DNA of 33,321 bases from a virus (Duplodnaviria; Caudoviricetes). The notes beneath the pieces are model-generated. The model saw nothing but the letters and a program-made list of their open reading frames with translations, did no database searches and had not been told where the DNA came from. The translations under genes and the position numbers were made by a program. The stretch is taken from positions 1 to 33,321 of the IMG/VR virus record IMGVR_UViG_3300044676_005607. One strand, given 5' to 3'. The first letter of the stretch is position 1, and each line of letters opens with the position of its first letter. This document shows, in pieces, positions 26,063 through 33,321 of this stretch.

Positions 26063-26266
26063 TCAATAAAGTTCTTCTATCAATTCTGCTTCCCATTCTT
26101 TAAAATCTGCCACAAGATCAACCATACCCCTTAAGGCATTTTTTTCATCGTGGCCTAAATCTTTAACGAAGGCAGTTAAGTTGGTTTCGTTTTCTTGAAT
26201 TTCATCAAAACAATCCTGTAAATCTTGTAAGGTGTTTTGGAATCTGCAATAGCTCATGTTACTCAT
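26063..26266 (-). CDS. Small acidic hypothetical protein
   Basis: MSNMSYCRFQNT..DL.DC motif; AACACT-ATG start; promoter-like element upstream. Confidence 0.75.
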   Translation of the reverse strand: MSNMSYCRFQNTLQDLQDCFDEIQENETNLTAFVKDLGHDEKNALRGMVDLVADFKEWEAELIEELY

Positions 26267-26293
26267 AGTGTTTATTTTTTTAATATTGTACCC

Positions 26294-26301
26294 GCAAGAT
26301 A
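26294..26301 (-). promoter_or_regulatory. Variant -7 element TATCTTGC
   Basis: In the AT-rich gap upstream of 26266; same octamer at 29314. Confidence 0.4.
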
Positions 26302-26335
26302 ATATAAAAAATTATTAATACCTAATTAAATAATT

Positions 26336-27037
26336 TTATTTTTGATAAAATGGTTCTATACTATCGTACAAACCTATAAAGGCATTGGCTTTGTTTCGCA
26401 GATGTATTCTTATTATCGGGACATAAACAGTTTTATGCTTTCTTAGATCAAGCCTAAACTCTTTTGCTTTTTCAAACGCCTCTTCAAGTTCTGCCTTACT
26501 AAATTTTGCGGTGTGGTTTTCAAGTGAGATTAGGTAGTCTAAATATTCTTCTCCGTATTCCTCAACTATACCTATATCATATTTCCGCTCATCACCACCA
26601 TTATAGCTATTTGATTGAAAGCATTGGATATGGATATTGTGTAAGTTTAAAGCTATCCCACGATTCGAGCCTACGCTTTTTCTATGCCCGCCTGCCATTT
26701 TACCGAATTTCCTTGTAGCTATACAAGGTTGCCCGTAATCAATTAGCCTAGCTATTTCATTGATAACTGGCTGCAAAACAGTTGCACGATAAGCATCTAC
26801 TGAAAGCAACCGCCTACGCTCTTTTGTTTTAAGCTTTGCTTTGTTGCTCTTAATTTGCTTGCTTGCTTTTAGGCTTGTTTTGTTTAGATAATCTTTGCCG
26901 TTACTTGAATTAAGTAACCATTGCCGCCAGCATTTAGCACATAAGCCTTTTTGTAAAGGGTGTAAAAAAGAATCTATACCACACCCGAAGCCCCTAGCTA
27001 ACCCCTTGCCCTTGCATTGTTTTTTAGCTTGGTTCAT
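26336..27037 (-). CDS. NinG/Rap-like HNH-fold nuclease
   Basis: IARLID...PCIA, GGH..SVG, LHNIHIQC..SN; N-terminal Cys cluster. Confidence 0.75.
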   Translation of the reverse strand: MNQAKKQCKGKGLARGFGCGIDSFLHPLQKGLCAKCWRQWLLNSSNGKDYLNKTSLKASKQIKSNKAKLKTKERRRLLSVDAYRATVLQPVINEIARLIDYGQPCIATRKFGKMAGGHRKSVGSNRGIALNLHNIHIQCFQSNSYNGGDERKYDIGIVEEYGEEYLDYLISLENHTAKFSKAELEEAFEKAKEFRLDLRKHKTVYVPIIRIHLRNKANAFIGLYDSIEPFYQK

Positions 27038-27456
27038 ATTTTTTTAATTAAATCAGCCAAGCATATCCAATCTTGCTTATCTGCGTTTTGTTTCTTTTTG
27101 TATAGAAGCCTAAGTTGATCTAAAGCCTGTTCTGTTCTTTGCTTTTTTGTGAGCTTTTTTGATTCTTGCTTTACTGGAAGGTTGCCTGTAATATCCCATT
27201 CAATCACGTTTCTGCCAGTTATCTTGCAAGCCCTTACCTGCTTTTCATAAATAACGCCCAAATCTCTTAATTCTGTAAATCTAGACGAAATACCAAAAGA
27301 ACCTGTAACTACACCGCCCCAAGTAACTGCCTCAGATGCTGTGCATGGAGCATGGTTTAATAATTTCTCATAAATCTCAAATCTTCTTTTAGATAATAAG
27401 CCCTCGGCTTTTATTTGCTGGTAGCATTGTGCTGATGTTTGTCTTGTTTTGTTCAT
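27034..27456 (-). CDS. Winged-helix-like hypothetical protein
   Basis: TS...Y..I, SSRFTELRDLGVI, CKITGR...W. Confidence 0.65.
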   Translation of the reverse strand: MNKTRQTSAQCYQQIKAEGLLSKRRFEIYEKLLNHAPCTASEAVTWGGVVTGSFGISSRFTELRDLGVIYEKQVRACKITGRNVIEWDITGNLPVKQESKKLTKKQRTEQALDQLRLLYKKKQNADKQDWICLADLIKKI

Positions 27457-27527
27457 CGTTTCTTATTTAGTTTACCGTTATCTGTGTGAAACAATCTCAT
27501 TAAGTAGTGCCATATTCTAAATCTCAT
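27453..27527 (-). CDS. 24-aa micro-ORF MRFRIWHYLMRLFHTDNGKLNKKR
   Basis: A-rich upstream sequence; ATGA overlap with the next gene. Confidence 0.4.
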   Translation of the reverse strand: MRFRIWHYLMRLFHTDNGKLNKKR

Positions 27528-27561
27528 AATCTTTCTTTTTTTGGTGCTGCATTGAAACGCA

Positions 27562-27620
27562 GCATAACAGCCAATAAATAAGCATTGTGAAAAACAACGC
27601 TTTTTATTTTAGTGTTATTC
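27562..27620 (-). repeat. 59-bp imperfect palindrome, attC-like
   Basis: Minus strand GAATAAC ... GTTATGC with internal arms AATAAA/TTTATT, AAGC/GCTT, TTGT/ACAA. Confidence 0.5.
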
Positions 27621-27971
27621 CCTTTCTCTATCCATTTGCCTTTCGCCTTCCATATGTATAGCATCTTCTCTACGTAGTTCAATATCTTCTTCTTCTAAAT
27701 CGTTCCAGTACTTGTCATGCGCTTTTTGTGCATCTTCAATATTTTTTAATCCCATGTTGTTAAAGTACCCAACGTACTCAGCAAACGTATCAAAAAAGTC
27801 TTTATCTTGAATCTCGTTTTTAAAGCCTAAAAGATTAAAGCCCTCGATATTATTAACCCATGCAAATAGCGCATAGTGTATAGTATCAAAATCAAAGTCC
27901 GTTTTAAAGGTGGATAATACTACTTCAAAAAAGCAGTTTTTAAAATGTTGTGTTGGTTTAATAGTTTTCAT
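27615..27971 (-). CDS. Acidic hypothetical protein, first gene of the leftward arm
   Basis: Start revised to the AACACT-ATG at 27971. Confidence 0.7.
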   Translation of the reverse strand: MKTIKPTQHFKNCFFEVVLSTFKTDFDFDTIHYALFAWVNNIEGFNLLGFKNEIQDKDFFDTFAEYVGYFNNMGLKNIEDAQKAHDKYWNDLEEEDIELRREDAIHMEGERQMDRERE

Positions 27972-27991
27972 AGTGTTATAATTTATTAGCA

Positions 27992-28053
27992 CGAAGATAA
28001 AACAAACTATTCAAATAAAAAAATTTTTATTCCAATTAAAAAAATTATATTTG
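27992..28053. promoter_or_regulatory. Divergent early promoter region
   Basis: Minus-strand TATCTTCG (27992-27999) and plus-strand TATATTTG (28046-28053) in an extremely AT-rich gap at the strand switch. Confidence 0.6.
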
Positions 28054-28081
28054 CGGTACACTATTATAAAAACAAAACATT

Positions 28082-28492
28082 ATGGATTACAAAAAGTACA
28101 GCAAAAACGTAGAAACAGCAATCAAGAGTTCATTAAATCACTTAAAGACTTGCGAAGAAAAAATGGATTTAATTAATGCAAAGGAAAAAGTAAAATATGC
28201 AGAGAAACTATTATCAAAACAAAGAAAAGAAAAAAACAAACTAACTCTACTTCCAAAAAAAGACCCAAAGCATAAATTAATAAATGAACAAATTGAAAAT
28301 CTTAGCACCCAAATAATAGAAACAGGTAAGAATATTAAAGAATTTAAAGAAAAAAGAAAGGATGTTCTTAAAAAGTACAGCATTTACAGAGAAAAATACT
28401 TAAGAGTAGGTCTAAAAAATTATTGCAATAGTCTTAATATTTCATACCCTTTTGTTAAAAAACTAATGGGGAATACCGAAGAAATCAATTAA
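28082..28492 (+). CDS. Lys-rich coiled-coil hypothetical protein
   Basis: 136-aa ORF, first gene of the rightward arm. Confidence 0.65.
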   Translation: MDYKKYSKNVETAIKSSLNHLKTCEEKMDLINAKEKVKYAEKLLSKQRKEKNKLTLLPKKDPKHKLINEQIENLSTQIIETGKNIKEFKEKRKDVLKKYSIYREKYLRVGLKNYCNSLNISYPFVKKLMGNTEEIN

Positions 28493-28503
28493 TATAAAAC
28501 ACT

Positions 28504-28713
28504 ATGAAATTAATGAACTTTTTTATCCAATCAGCAGAAGAACAATATTTTACTTTTATGGAATATGTCTATGATAGAATCCCTGAACCTGAAACACAAG
28601 AACAAGAGGAGGCAGTAGATAAATGGATTAGCAGTTTGCACTATCGGCAGTTTAGCCCTGAGCAAGCTGGCAAGATAATCACAAGAGCAATCAATATACA
28701 CTTTAATAAATAA
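28504..28713 (+). CDS. Small hypothetical protein
   Basis: 69 aa; AACACT-ATG start. Confidence 0.65.
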   Translation: MKLMNFFIQSAEEQYFTFMEYVYDRIPEPETQEQEEAVDKWISSLHYRQFSPEQAGKIITRAINIHFNK

Positions 28714-28717
28714 CACT

Positions 28718-29203
28718 ATGAAAATACAAGCAACATTAAAAGAGGCTAAAGAGCATCTTAGACAAAACTGGGACAAAGGAACAGGTTGCCCTTGTTGCGG
28801 TCAGCTAGTAAAGCTATACAAAAGAAAACTAAACTCCGGTATGGCAATCACTTTATTTCGTATCTACCAATATAACGGATTTAACCCTGTTCATGTAAAA
28901 GACTTTTTAAAAGATAACAAGCTAAGAAATAACCACGATTGGACATTGCTAAAGCATTGGGGTTTGTTAAAAGAGGAGTATAATGAAGATGAGGACAAAA
29001 AACACTCAGGGGTTTATCATCTCACACAAAAAGGGGTTTATTTTTTAACAACAAAGTTAACATTGCCTAAACATATTCTTATTTACAATAACAAGTTTCA
29101 GGGGTTTTCACATAATCTAACAACCTTTAGAGAATCATTAAGCAATAATTTTAGCTATCCTGAACTAATGCAATCCATTAACATTGAAATTAAAGACGTA
29201 TAA
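28718..29203 (+). CDS. Hypothetical protein with CPCC and a winged-helix-like region
   Basis: CPCCGQ.VK.YKRKL, LKHWGL, SGVYHLTQKG; AACACT-ATG start. Confidence 0.7.
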   Translation: MKIQATLKEAKEHLRQNWDKGTGCPCCGQLVKLYKRKLNSGMAITLFRIYQYNGFNPVHVKDFLKDNKLRNNHDWTLLKHWGLLKEEYNEDEDKKHSGVYHLTQKGVYFLTTKLTLPKHILIYNNKFQGFSHNLTTFRESLSNNFSYPELMQSINIEIKDV

Positions 29204-29296
29204 CACTACATTGAAATCGCAATTCAAAAGAACATGGGGAGGTAAAACTTTGGAAACATTCAAGGGCTGTTGTAGTGTTCAGCCCTCCCCTTTTTT
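29202..29296 (+). ncRNA. Structured RNA / attenuator-like element, copy 1
   Basis: AACACTACA pairs with TGTAGTGTT; GGGGAGG pairs with CCTCCCC; hairpin AGGGCTG/CAGCCCT; T6 tail. Confidence 0.55.
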
Positions 29297-29313
29297 AAAT
29301 CAAAAAAATACAC

Positions 29314-29321
29314 TATCTTGC
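29314..29321 (+). promoter_or_regulatory. Variant -7 element TATCTTGC
   Basis: Lies between the two structured elements, just upstream of copy 2. Confidence 0.4.
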
Positions 29322-29329
29322 GACAAGTA

Positions 29330-29435
29330 AAACGCCACAATGAAAAAGATATTTAGTAAAACAAATATACCTAAGAGGGTTAAAACATTGGCAGCAGCTA
29401 ATGGGGTTTCGTGGTGTTTCCAACCCTCTTTTTTT
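29330..29435 (+). ncRNA. Structured RNA / attenuator-like element, copy 2
   Basis: AAACGCCAC pairs with GTGGTGTTT; AAGAGGGTT pairs with AACCCTCTT; hairpin GGGGTT/AACCCT; T7 tail. Confidence 0.55.
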
Positions 29436-29448
29436 AAACTTAAAAACC

Positions 29449-30102
29449 ATGAAAGACACTTTTTACTTTAGTCACGATTACAACGCACGATCGGATGAGA
29501 AGATTAAGAAATTAATACGGAAACATCAAATGATCGGCTATGGAATTTATTGGGCAATCATAGAAGATTTGTATAATAATGCGAACGCATTGCAAACGGA
29601 TTACGAGGGCATTGCGTTTGATTTACATACTGATCCAAAAATTGTTAAGTCAATACTTAATGACTTTGAATTATTTGATTTTACTGGCGAATTTTTCTCT
29701 AGCTTATCGGTTAAGAAAAGACTAGAGTTAAGAGATGAAAAAAGTAGTAAGGCAAGGCAAAGCGCACAGGCTAGATGGTATAAAAACAAAGGGATTGATG
29801 CGAACGCAAAGCGAACGCAAAGCGATGGCAATGCTAAAAAGGAAAAGAAAGGAAAGGAAAAGAAAGGAAATATTATACCTCCTTTTGATGTTTTTTTAGA
29901 ATACGCTAAAGCAAACGATAGAAAGATTAGTCCGATGGGTGTGAAACATAAATACAATGCTTGGTTAGAAAATGATTGGAGGGATGGATATGATAAACCG
30001 ATTAAAAACTGGAAATCAAAACTACTAAATGCGTTAAAATACATCGATAAGATAAAAGAAGAAACAACGTGGCAGCAAACGGGCTTATTAGGTAATCAAT
30101 AA
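29449..30102 (+). CDS. Replication initiator, Lin1244/DUF4373-like N-terminal domain
   Basis: YFSHDYNARSDEKI...GYGIYWAIIEDLY; KARQSAQARW; C-terminal W.DG..KPIKNWK; start revised to ATG 29449. Confidence 0.8.
   Translation: MKDTFYFSHDYNARSDEKIKKLIRKHQMIGYGIYWAIIEDLYNNANALQTDYEGIAFDLHTDPKIVKSILNDFELFDFTGEFFSSLSVKKRLELRDEKSSKARQSAQARWYKNKGIDANAKRTQSDGNAKKEKKGKEKKGNIIPPFDVFLEYAKANDRKISPMGVKHKYNAWLENDWRDGYDKPIKNWKSKLLNALKYIDKIKEETTWQQTGLLGNQ
29798..29870 (+). repeat. Iteron-like and purine-rich repeats inside the initiator gene
   Basis: GCGAACGCAAA twice plus GCGATGGCAAT, then AAAGGAAAAGAAAGG twice; another GCGAACGCA at 29581. Confidence 0.55.
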
Positions 30103-31067
30103 TGATATACAAAATAACAGATAGAGCGAACGAAATAGCCGATAAAATTAAGCAGGGCTATGTTAAAGGATTACAAATGCCCTTTAAATGCATTGACGAT
30201 CTTTATTCTGTAAAGATGGGATGCGTTTCTTATTTTGTAGGGCATGAATACTCAGGCAAAACTGAATTTATTTTAGAGCGTGATGTTTGGCTTGCTAAAC
30301 AATTTAATCAAGTTAGTTTGATATTCACACCAGAAACTGGGGATGTAGATGATATATTTTTAGAGATTTGCCATAAGTGGTGCGGTAAACCATTGATAGG
30401 CAAGCACAAGATAAGCGAGGCAGAAAGGCTATCGGTAATGCAGCAAGTGGCTCAATACTTCCACGTTATCCAGGTAGATGATGAATTAACCTTTGATGCC
30501 TTAATTGAGGAATACAAGATATACGAATCACAAAACAATATCAAAATAAACCTTATCACTATTGATCCTTTTAACGAATTGCAATGGGACTTGAAAGGTT
30601 TACCAAGAGATATGTGGCTAGAGAATACGCTGGGTAAGGTAAGGCGAACTGCAAGAAATGAAAATATACATTTTACAATCATTACCCATCCGATAGAAAG
30701 CGATAGGCTTTACTCAAAAGAGGGTTACTTATTAGCACCAAGTAGAAAACAGTATGCAGGAGGTCAAGCATGGGCAAGGAAAGGCGAAAGCATGATTTCA
30801 ATACACAGACCTCATGTTGGCTTATCGGATGAGGCAGTAATGATAAGAGAAAACCAAATGCAGTTCACTATGCAAAAGGCAAAGCCAAAAGGAATCGGTC
30901 AATTAGGCATAGCAGATTTATACTTTGATTGGAAACGCTCTGCATACTATGAGGAAATAAACGGAAAGAATTATTATGCTGGCGAATATTATGCAAGCCT
31001 TTTAACCGATCCGCTAAAAGATACAAGCAATTTTGATTATTCACATTTAGAAGATAGCCCATTTTGA
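30102..31067 (+). CDS. SF4 (DnaB/T7 gp4-like) replicative helicase
   Basis: GHEYSGKT Walker A, ITIDPFNEL Walker B, IITHP, KAKPKGIG; acidic C-terminus ending DSPF. Confidence 0.8.
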   Translation: MIYKITDRANEIADKIKQGYVKGLQMPFKCIDDLYSVKMGCVSYFVGHEYSGKTEFILERDVWLAKQFNQVSLIFTPETGDVDDIFLEICHKWCGKPLIGKHKISEAERLSVMQQVAQYFHVIQVDDELTFDALIEEYKIYESQNNIKINLITIDPFNELQWDLKGLPRDMWLENTLGKVRRTARNENIHFTIITHPIESDRLYSKEGYLLAPSRKQYAGGQAWARKGESMISIHRPHVGLSDEAVMIRENQMQFTMQKAKPKGIGQLGIADLYFDWKRSAYYEEINGKNYYAGEYYASLLTDPLKDTSNFDYSHLEDSPF

Positions 31068-31465
31068 AAGCATTAATACCACAAGATAAGATAGAGGCAC
31101 TTGCAAAGTTAAGCGCAAGGCTACAAAAGAACGGATTAAAAAATGCAGCCGATGAGGTTGTATGGAGAAACACAATGGAGGATTATTACCGATATTATTC
31201 TGAGATAGAGGCGGTGCGTTCTAAACTTCAAGATAAGATAGTAAAATCAATCAAAGCGAATAGAGCCGATTTAAGCAATGATTTTATAGAGATTGATACC
31301 TACCTATCACTTGCAAGTGAAATGTACTTTAAATGGGCTGCATTTGACGTTATGAAGCAAGAAAAGGATAATATTATAATGGAGTTAGGTAAAGAGAACT
31401 TAGAACTGGGTAAAAAGGCAGCGGATGCGATCAAAGAATTAGAACAACTAAAAAGTAACTTATAA
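31064..31465 (+). CDS. Hypothetical helical protein
   Basis: 133-aa ORF coupled to neighbours on both sides. Confidence 0.65.
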   Translation: MKALIPQDKIEALAKLSARLQKNGLKNAADEVVWRNTMEDYYRYYSEIEAVRSKLQDKIVKSIKANRADLSNDFIEIDTYLSLASEMYFKWAAFDVMKQEKDNIIMELGKENLELGKKAADAIKELEQLKSNL

Positions 31466-32127
31466 TGGATAAATACAAAATACTAAATCTTTACGCTTGT
31501 TTAGGTGGCAATAGGTATAAGTGGGATGAGGTTGCAGATAATATAGAAGTTACAGCGGTTGAACTCGATCCTGAATTAGCAAGGTTATATCAAGAGCGAT
31601 TCCCTAATGATACTGTTATTGTTGCTGATGCTCATCAATATTTATTAGACCATTATAAAGAGTTTGATTTCATTTGGAGCAGCCCACCTTGTCCAAGTCA
31701 TTCAAGAGTTAGATTTAGTCAAAAAAATAGAGAAAATTGCGATGCGGTTTATCCTGATTTTAAACTTTATGAAGAAGTTGTTTTGCTGGACAATTATTTC
31801 AATGGGAAATATGTTGTAGAAAATGTAATTCCTTTTTATGAACCTTTAATCCCCGCTAAAAAAAGAGGCAGGCATTTATATTGGACTAATTTTATACTTC
31901 CAACAGATATAGGCGAAAGAGATGGAACAGGAATTATAAGTAAGGTGAAAAATGAAGTTGATGTTTTGTGCAAATTTCACGATTACGATTTTTACAAATA
32001 CAAAGGGAAACAAAGAAAAGATAAAATTGCAAGAAACCTAGTAGACTACGAGGCTGGCAGAACCATACTAGAAACCGCTTTAGGAATACAAAGGCAGTTA
32101 AACACAAAACAGCAAACAATGTTTTAA
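31465..32127 (+). CDS. Short C5-cytosine DNA methyltransferase
   Basis: LNLYACLGG motif I, AVE, WSSPPC motif IV, VENV motif VI, RGRH. Confidence 0.85.
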   Translation: MDKYKILNLYACLGGNRYKWDEVADNIEVTAVELDPELARLYQERFPNDTVIVADAHQYLLDHYKEFDFIWSSPPCPSHSRVRFSQKNRENCDAVYPDFKLYEEVVLLDNYFNGKYVVENVIPFYEPLIPAKKRGRHLYWTNFILPTDIGERDGTGIISKVKNEVDVLCKFHDYDFYKYKGKQRKDKIARNLVDYEAGRTILETALGIQRQLNTKQQTMF

Positions 32128-32165
32128 TGTGTATAAAACAATTATTTTTTACACGATTAAATAAT

Positions 32166-32173
32166 TATCTTTG
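32166..32173 (+). promoter_or_regulatory. Bacteroidota -7 promoter element TATCTTTG
   Basis: Exact TAnnTTTG, 8 nt before the ATG at 32182. Confidence 0.6.
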
Positions 32174-32181
32174 CAAGTATA

Positions 32182-32361
32182 ATGAGTGAAAAAGTAGAGA
32201 AAAAACGAGGCAGAAAGCCGATAGAATACAAACAGCCGATAGTTCAAAAAACTTTCAGGATGCTTGAAGCTGATGTAGCACCAGTAACTAAATTGGTTGT
32301 AAACTACATGAAAAAGAATAGCAACATAGCGAAGTATAAAAAACAAAGAAAAAAGAAATGA
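32182..32361 (+). CDS. 59-aa basic protein, possible DNA-binding regulator
   Basis: Manual translation MSEKVEKKRGRKPIEYKQPIVQKTFRM...; RGRKP motif then a strand-helix pattern; ATGA overlap with the SSB start. Confidence 0.6.
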   Translation: MSEKVEKKRGRKPIEYKQPIVQKTFRMLEADVAPVTKLVVNYMKKNSNIAKYKKQRKKK

Positions 32362-32690
32362 ATATAAAAGGAACAATTAAACTAATAGGCAAAACACAAG
32401 CCTTTGACAGTGGTTTTACTAAACGTCAAATAGTAGTAACAACACAAGAACAATATCCGCAAGATTTAGCGATTGAATTTGTAAAGGACAAAACCAGCAT
32501 ACTTGATATGTTTAAGTCAGGCGATGTTGTGGACGTAGCTATTAACCTACGAGGTAACGAGTACAATGGTAAGTATTATGTAAACCTACAAGGGTGGAAG
32601 ATAAACAAAGAAGGGTCGGACCAAGCAGCACCCCAATCAAGTACACAGCCGATAACTGCACCAACTTCAAAAGATGATTTGCCATTTTAA
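32358..32690 (+). CDS. Single-stranded DNA-binding protein, DUF3127-like
   Basis: EQYPQ, INLRG.E, LQGWKI and acidic DDLPF tail. Confidence 0.85.
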   Translation: MNIKGTIKLIGKTQAFDSGFTKRQIVVTTQEQYPQDLAIEFVKDKTSILDMFKSGDVVDVAINLRGNEYNGKYYVNLQGWKINKEGSDQAAPQSSTQPITAPTSKDDLPF

Positions 32691-32839
32691 TGAAACCAAC
32701 CTATACACTAAAAGCTGAAAGGCATGAGGGCGAAGAGTGCGAAGTACACCGCAATTTAACATATGAACAAGCAAAAGAAAAAATTGATGTATATTTGGAG
32801 AAGAAGTGGAAAATAGATTTAACCGAAGATAAGGAATGA
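32690..32839 (+). CDS. 49-aa micro-ORF
   Basis: MKPTYTLKAERHEGEE...DKE*; TAATG and ATGA overlaps on both sides. Confidence 0.6.
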   Translation: MKPTYTLKAERHEGEECEVHRNLTYEQAKEKIDVYLEKKWKIDLTEDKE

Positions 32840-33051
32840 TACCAAGCGATCAAGAACTAATTAAACTATACATTGATACCATGAGTATCAGCGAGTTTAA
32901 GAAGTGGCTTGACGTTCCTTGCACCGATAAAGATTTAATTGCAGCGCATACCCATTTCATAAATGAGGGCTTAGATGAAAAAGCTACGATAGTATTTGAA
33001 AAGGTATGCGAGAAACAATTACCTCATAGAGTAACCGATAAAAACAGATGA
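32836..33051 (+). CDS. Small hypothetical protein
   Basis: 71-aa ORF coupled to neighbours. Confidence 0.6.
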   Translation: MIPSDQELIKLYIDTMSISEFKKWLDVPCTDKDLIAAHTHFINEGLDEKATIVFEKVCEKQLPHRVTDKNR

Positions 33052-33221
33052 ATAAGCAAATAAGAAACAACCTCAAAACAATAGCGCAGAACCTACCGCC
33101 TAAAGTGGATGGGTTTCCGGTAAAGAACAAAAGAGTAAACCATTTCCGTAGGCTTAAAAACGCTTATACCAGGAAAGGAACGGATGGGGTAAAAGAATAC
33201 TACGATCAAAACCAATACTAA
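33048..33221 (+). CDS. 57-aa hypothetical protein
   Basis: MNKQIRNNLKTIAQNLP...VNHFRRLKNAYTRKG..GV..Y; ATGA overlap. Confidence 0.6.
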   Translation: MNKQIRNNLKTIAQNLPPKVDGFPVKNKRVNHFRRLKNAYTRKGTDGVKEYYDQNQY

Positions 33222-33222
33222 T

Positions 33223-33321
33223 ATGGATGTAGAAAAAATAATGTTTCCCGATAGTGGCAAACTTGTAGAAGATGAGTATGGAACTTTACACGCTCAAATA
33301 GTGGATATGGAATTAGACCCA
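33223..33321 (+). CDS. Hypothetical protein, 3' truncated by the window edge
   Basis: ATG 1 nt after the previous stop; open to the end (MDVEKIMFPDSG...). Confidence 0.45.
   Translation, partial: MDVEKIMFPDSGKLVEDEYGTLHAQIVDMELDP

Noticed and set aside
27545-27564. Hairpin TGCTGC/GCAGCA as a terminator
   Set aside because: No U-tract follows it on either strand
27910-27918. Near DnaA box GGTGGATAA
   Set aside because: Single one-mismatch copy inside a coding region, expected by chance
254-32376. Antisense and nested ORFs in the track (e.g. 254-532, 7575-7877, 8544-8861, 14604-14972, 23751-24005, 29601-30044, 32149-32376)
   Set aside because: They lie opposite well-supported genes, lack recognisable motifs and look like shadow frames
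1-33321. Stop-codon reassignment as in some Bacteroidota phages
   Set aside because: The standard code already gives dense, full-length genes with coupled starts and stops
1-33321. CRISPR array, tRNA, diversity-generating retroelement, integrase or repressor
   Set aside because: No regularly spaced repeats, cloverleaf, reverse transcriptase, TR/VR pair or recombinase motifs recognised by eye; dedicated scans would be needed to exclude them fully
1-33321. Terminal repeat or circular overlap between window ends
   Set aside because: No shared sequence seen between the two ends; both cut through ORFs

Overview
The whole window is an AT-rich tailed-phage (siphovirus-like) genome segment, probably close to a complete genome. 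It starts inside the terminase small subunit and ends in the small-gene region that normally precedes it. A Bacteroidota host is inferred from TAnnTTTG promoter elements, A-rich starts with no Shine-Dalgarno sequence, a DUF3127-type SSB and a Lin1244/DUF4373-type initiator. Gene order: terS/terL, a putative frameshifted tail chaperone pair, tail genes and tape measure, portal, a head-morphogenesis-like protein with a C-terminal R-S-E ADP-ribosyltransferase, head-tail genes, an inverted sigma-like/CxxC operon, protease-scaffold-capsid, tail tube, putative head spike pair, lysis cassette, phosphoesterase and kinase, a leftward early arm (SNF2-methylase fusion, ERF, DnaA-C-like, NinG-like) and a rightward replication arm (initiator, SF4 helicase, C5 methylase, SSB). 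No integrase, repressor, tRNA, CRISPR array or reverse transcriptase was seen. Best leads: (1) the putative virion-delivered ADP-ribosyltransferase with a coupled 29-aa micro-ORF; (2) two diverged tandem RNA switch-like elements with compensatory base changes upstream of the initiator, one with a loop complementary to an AACACTATG start motif shared by six early genes; (3) a 17-bp late-promoter-like motif; (4) a solitary 59-bp attC-like palindrome. All family assignments come from recognising motifs by eye, not from database searches.
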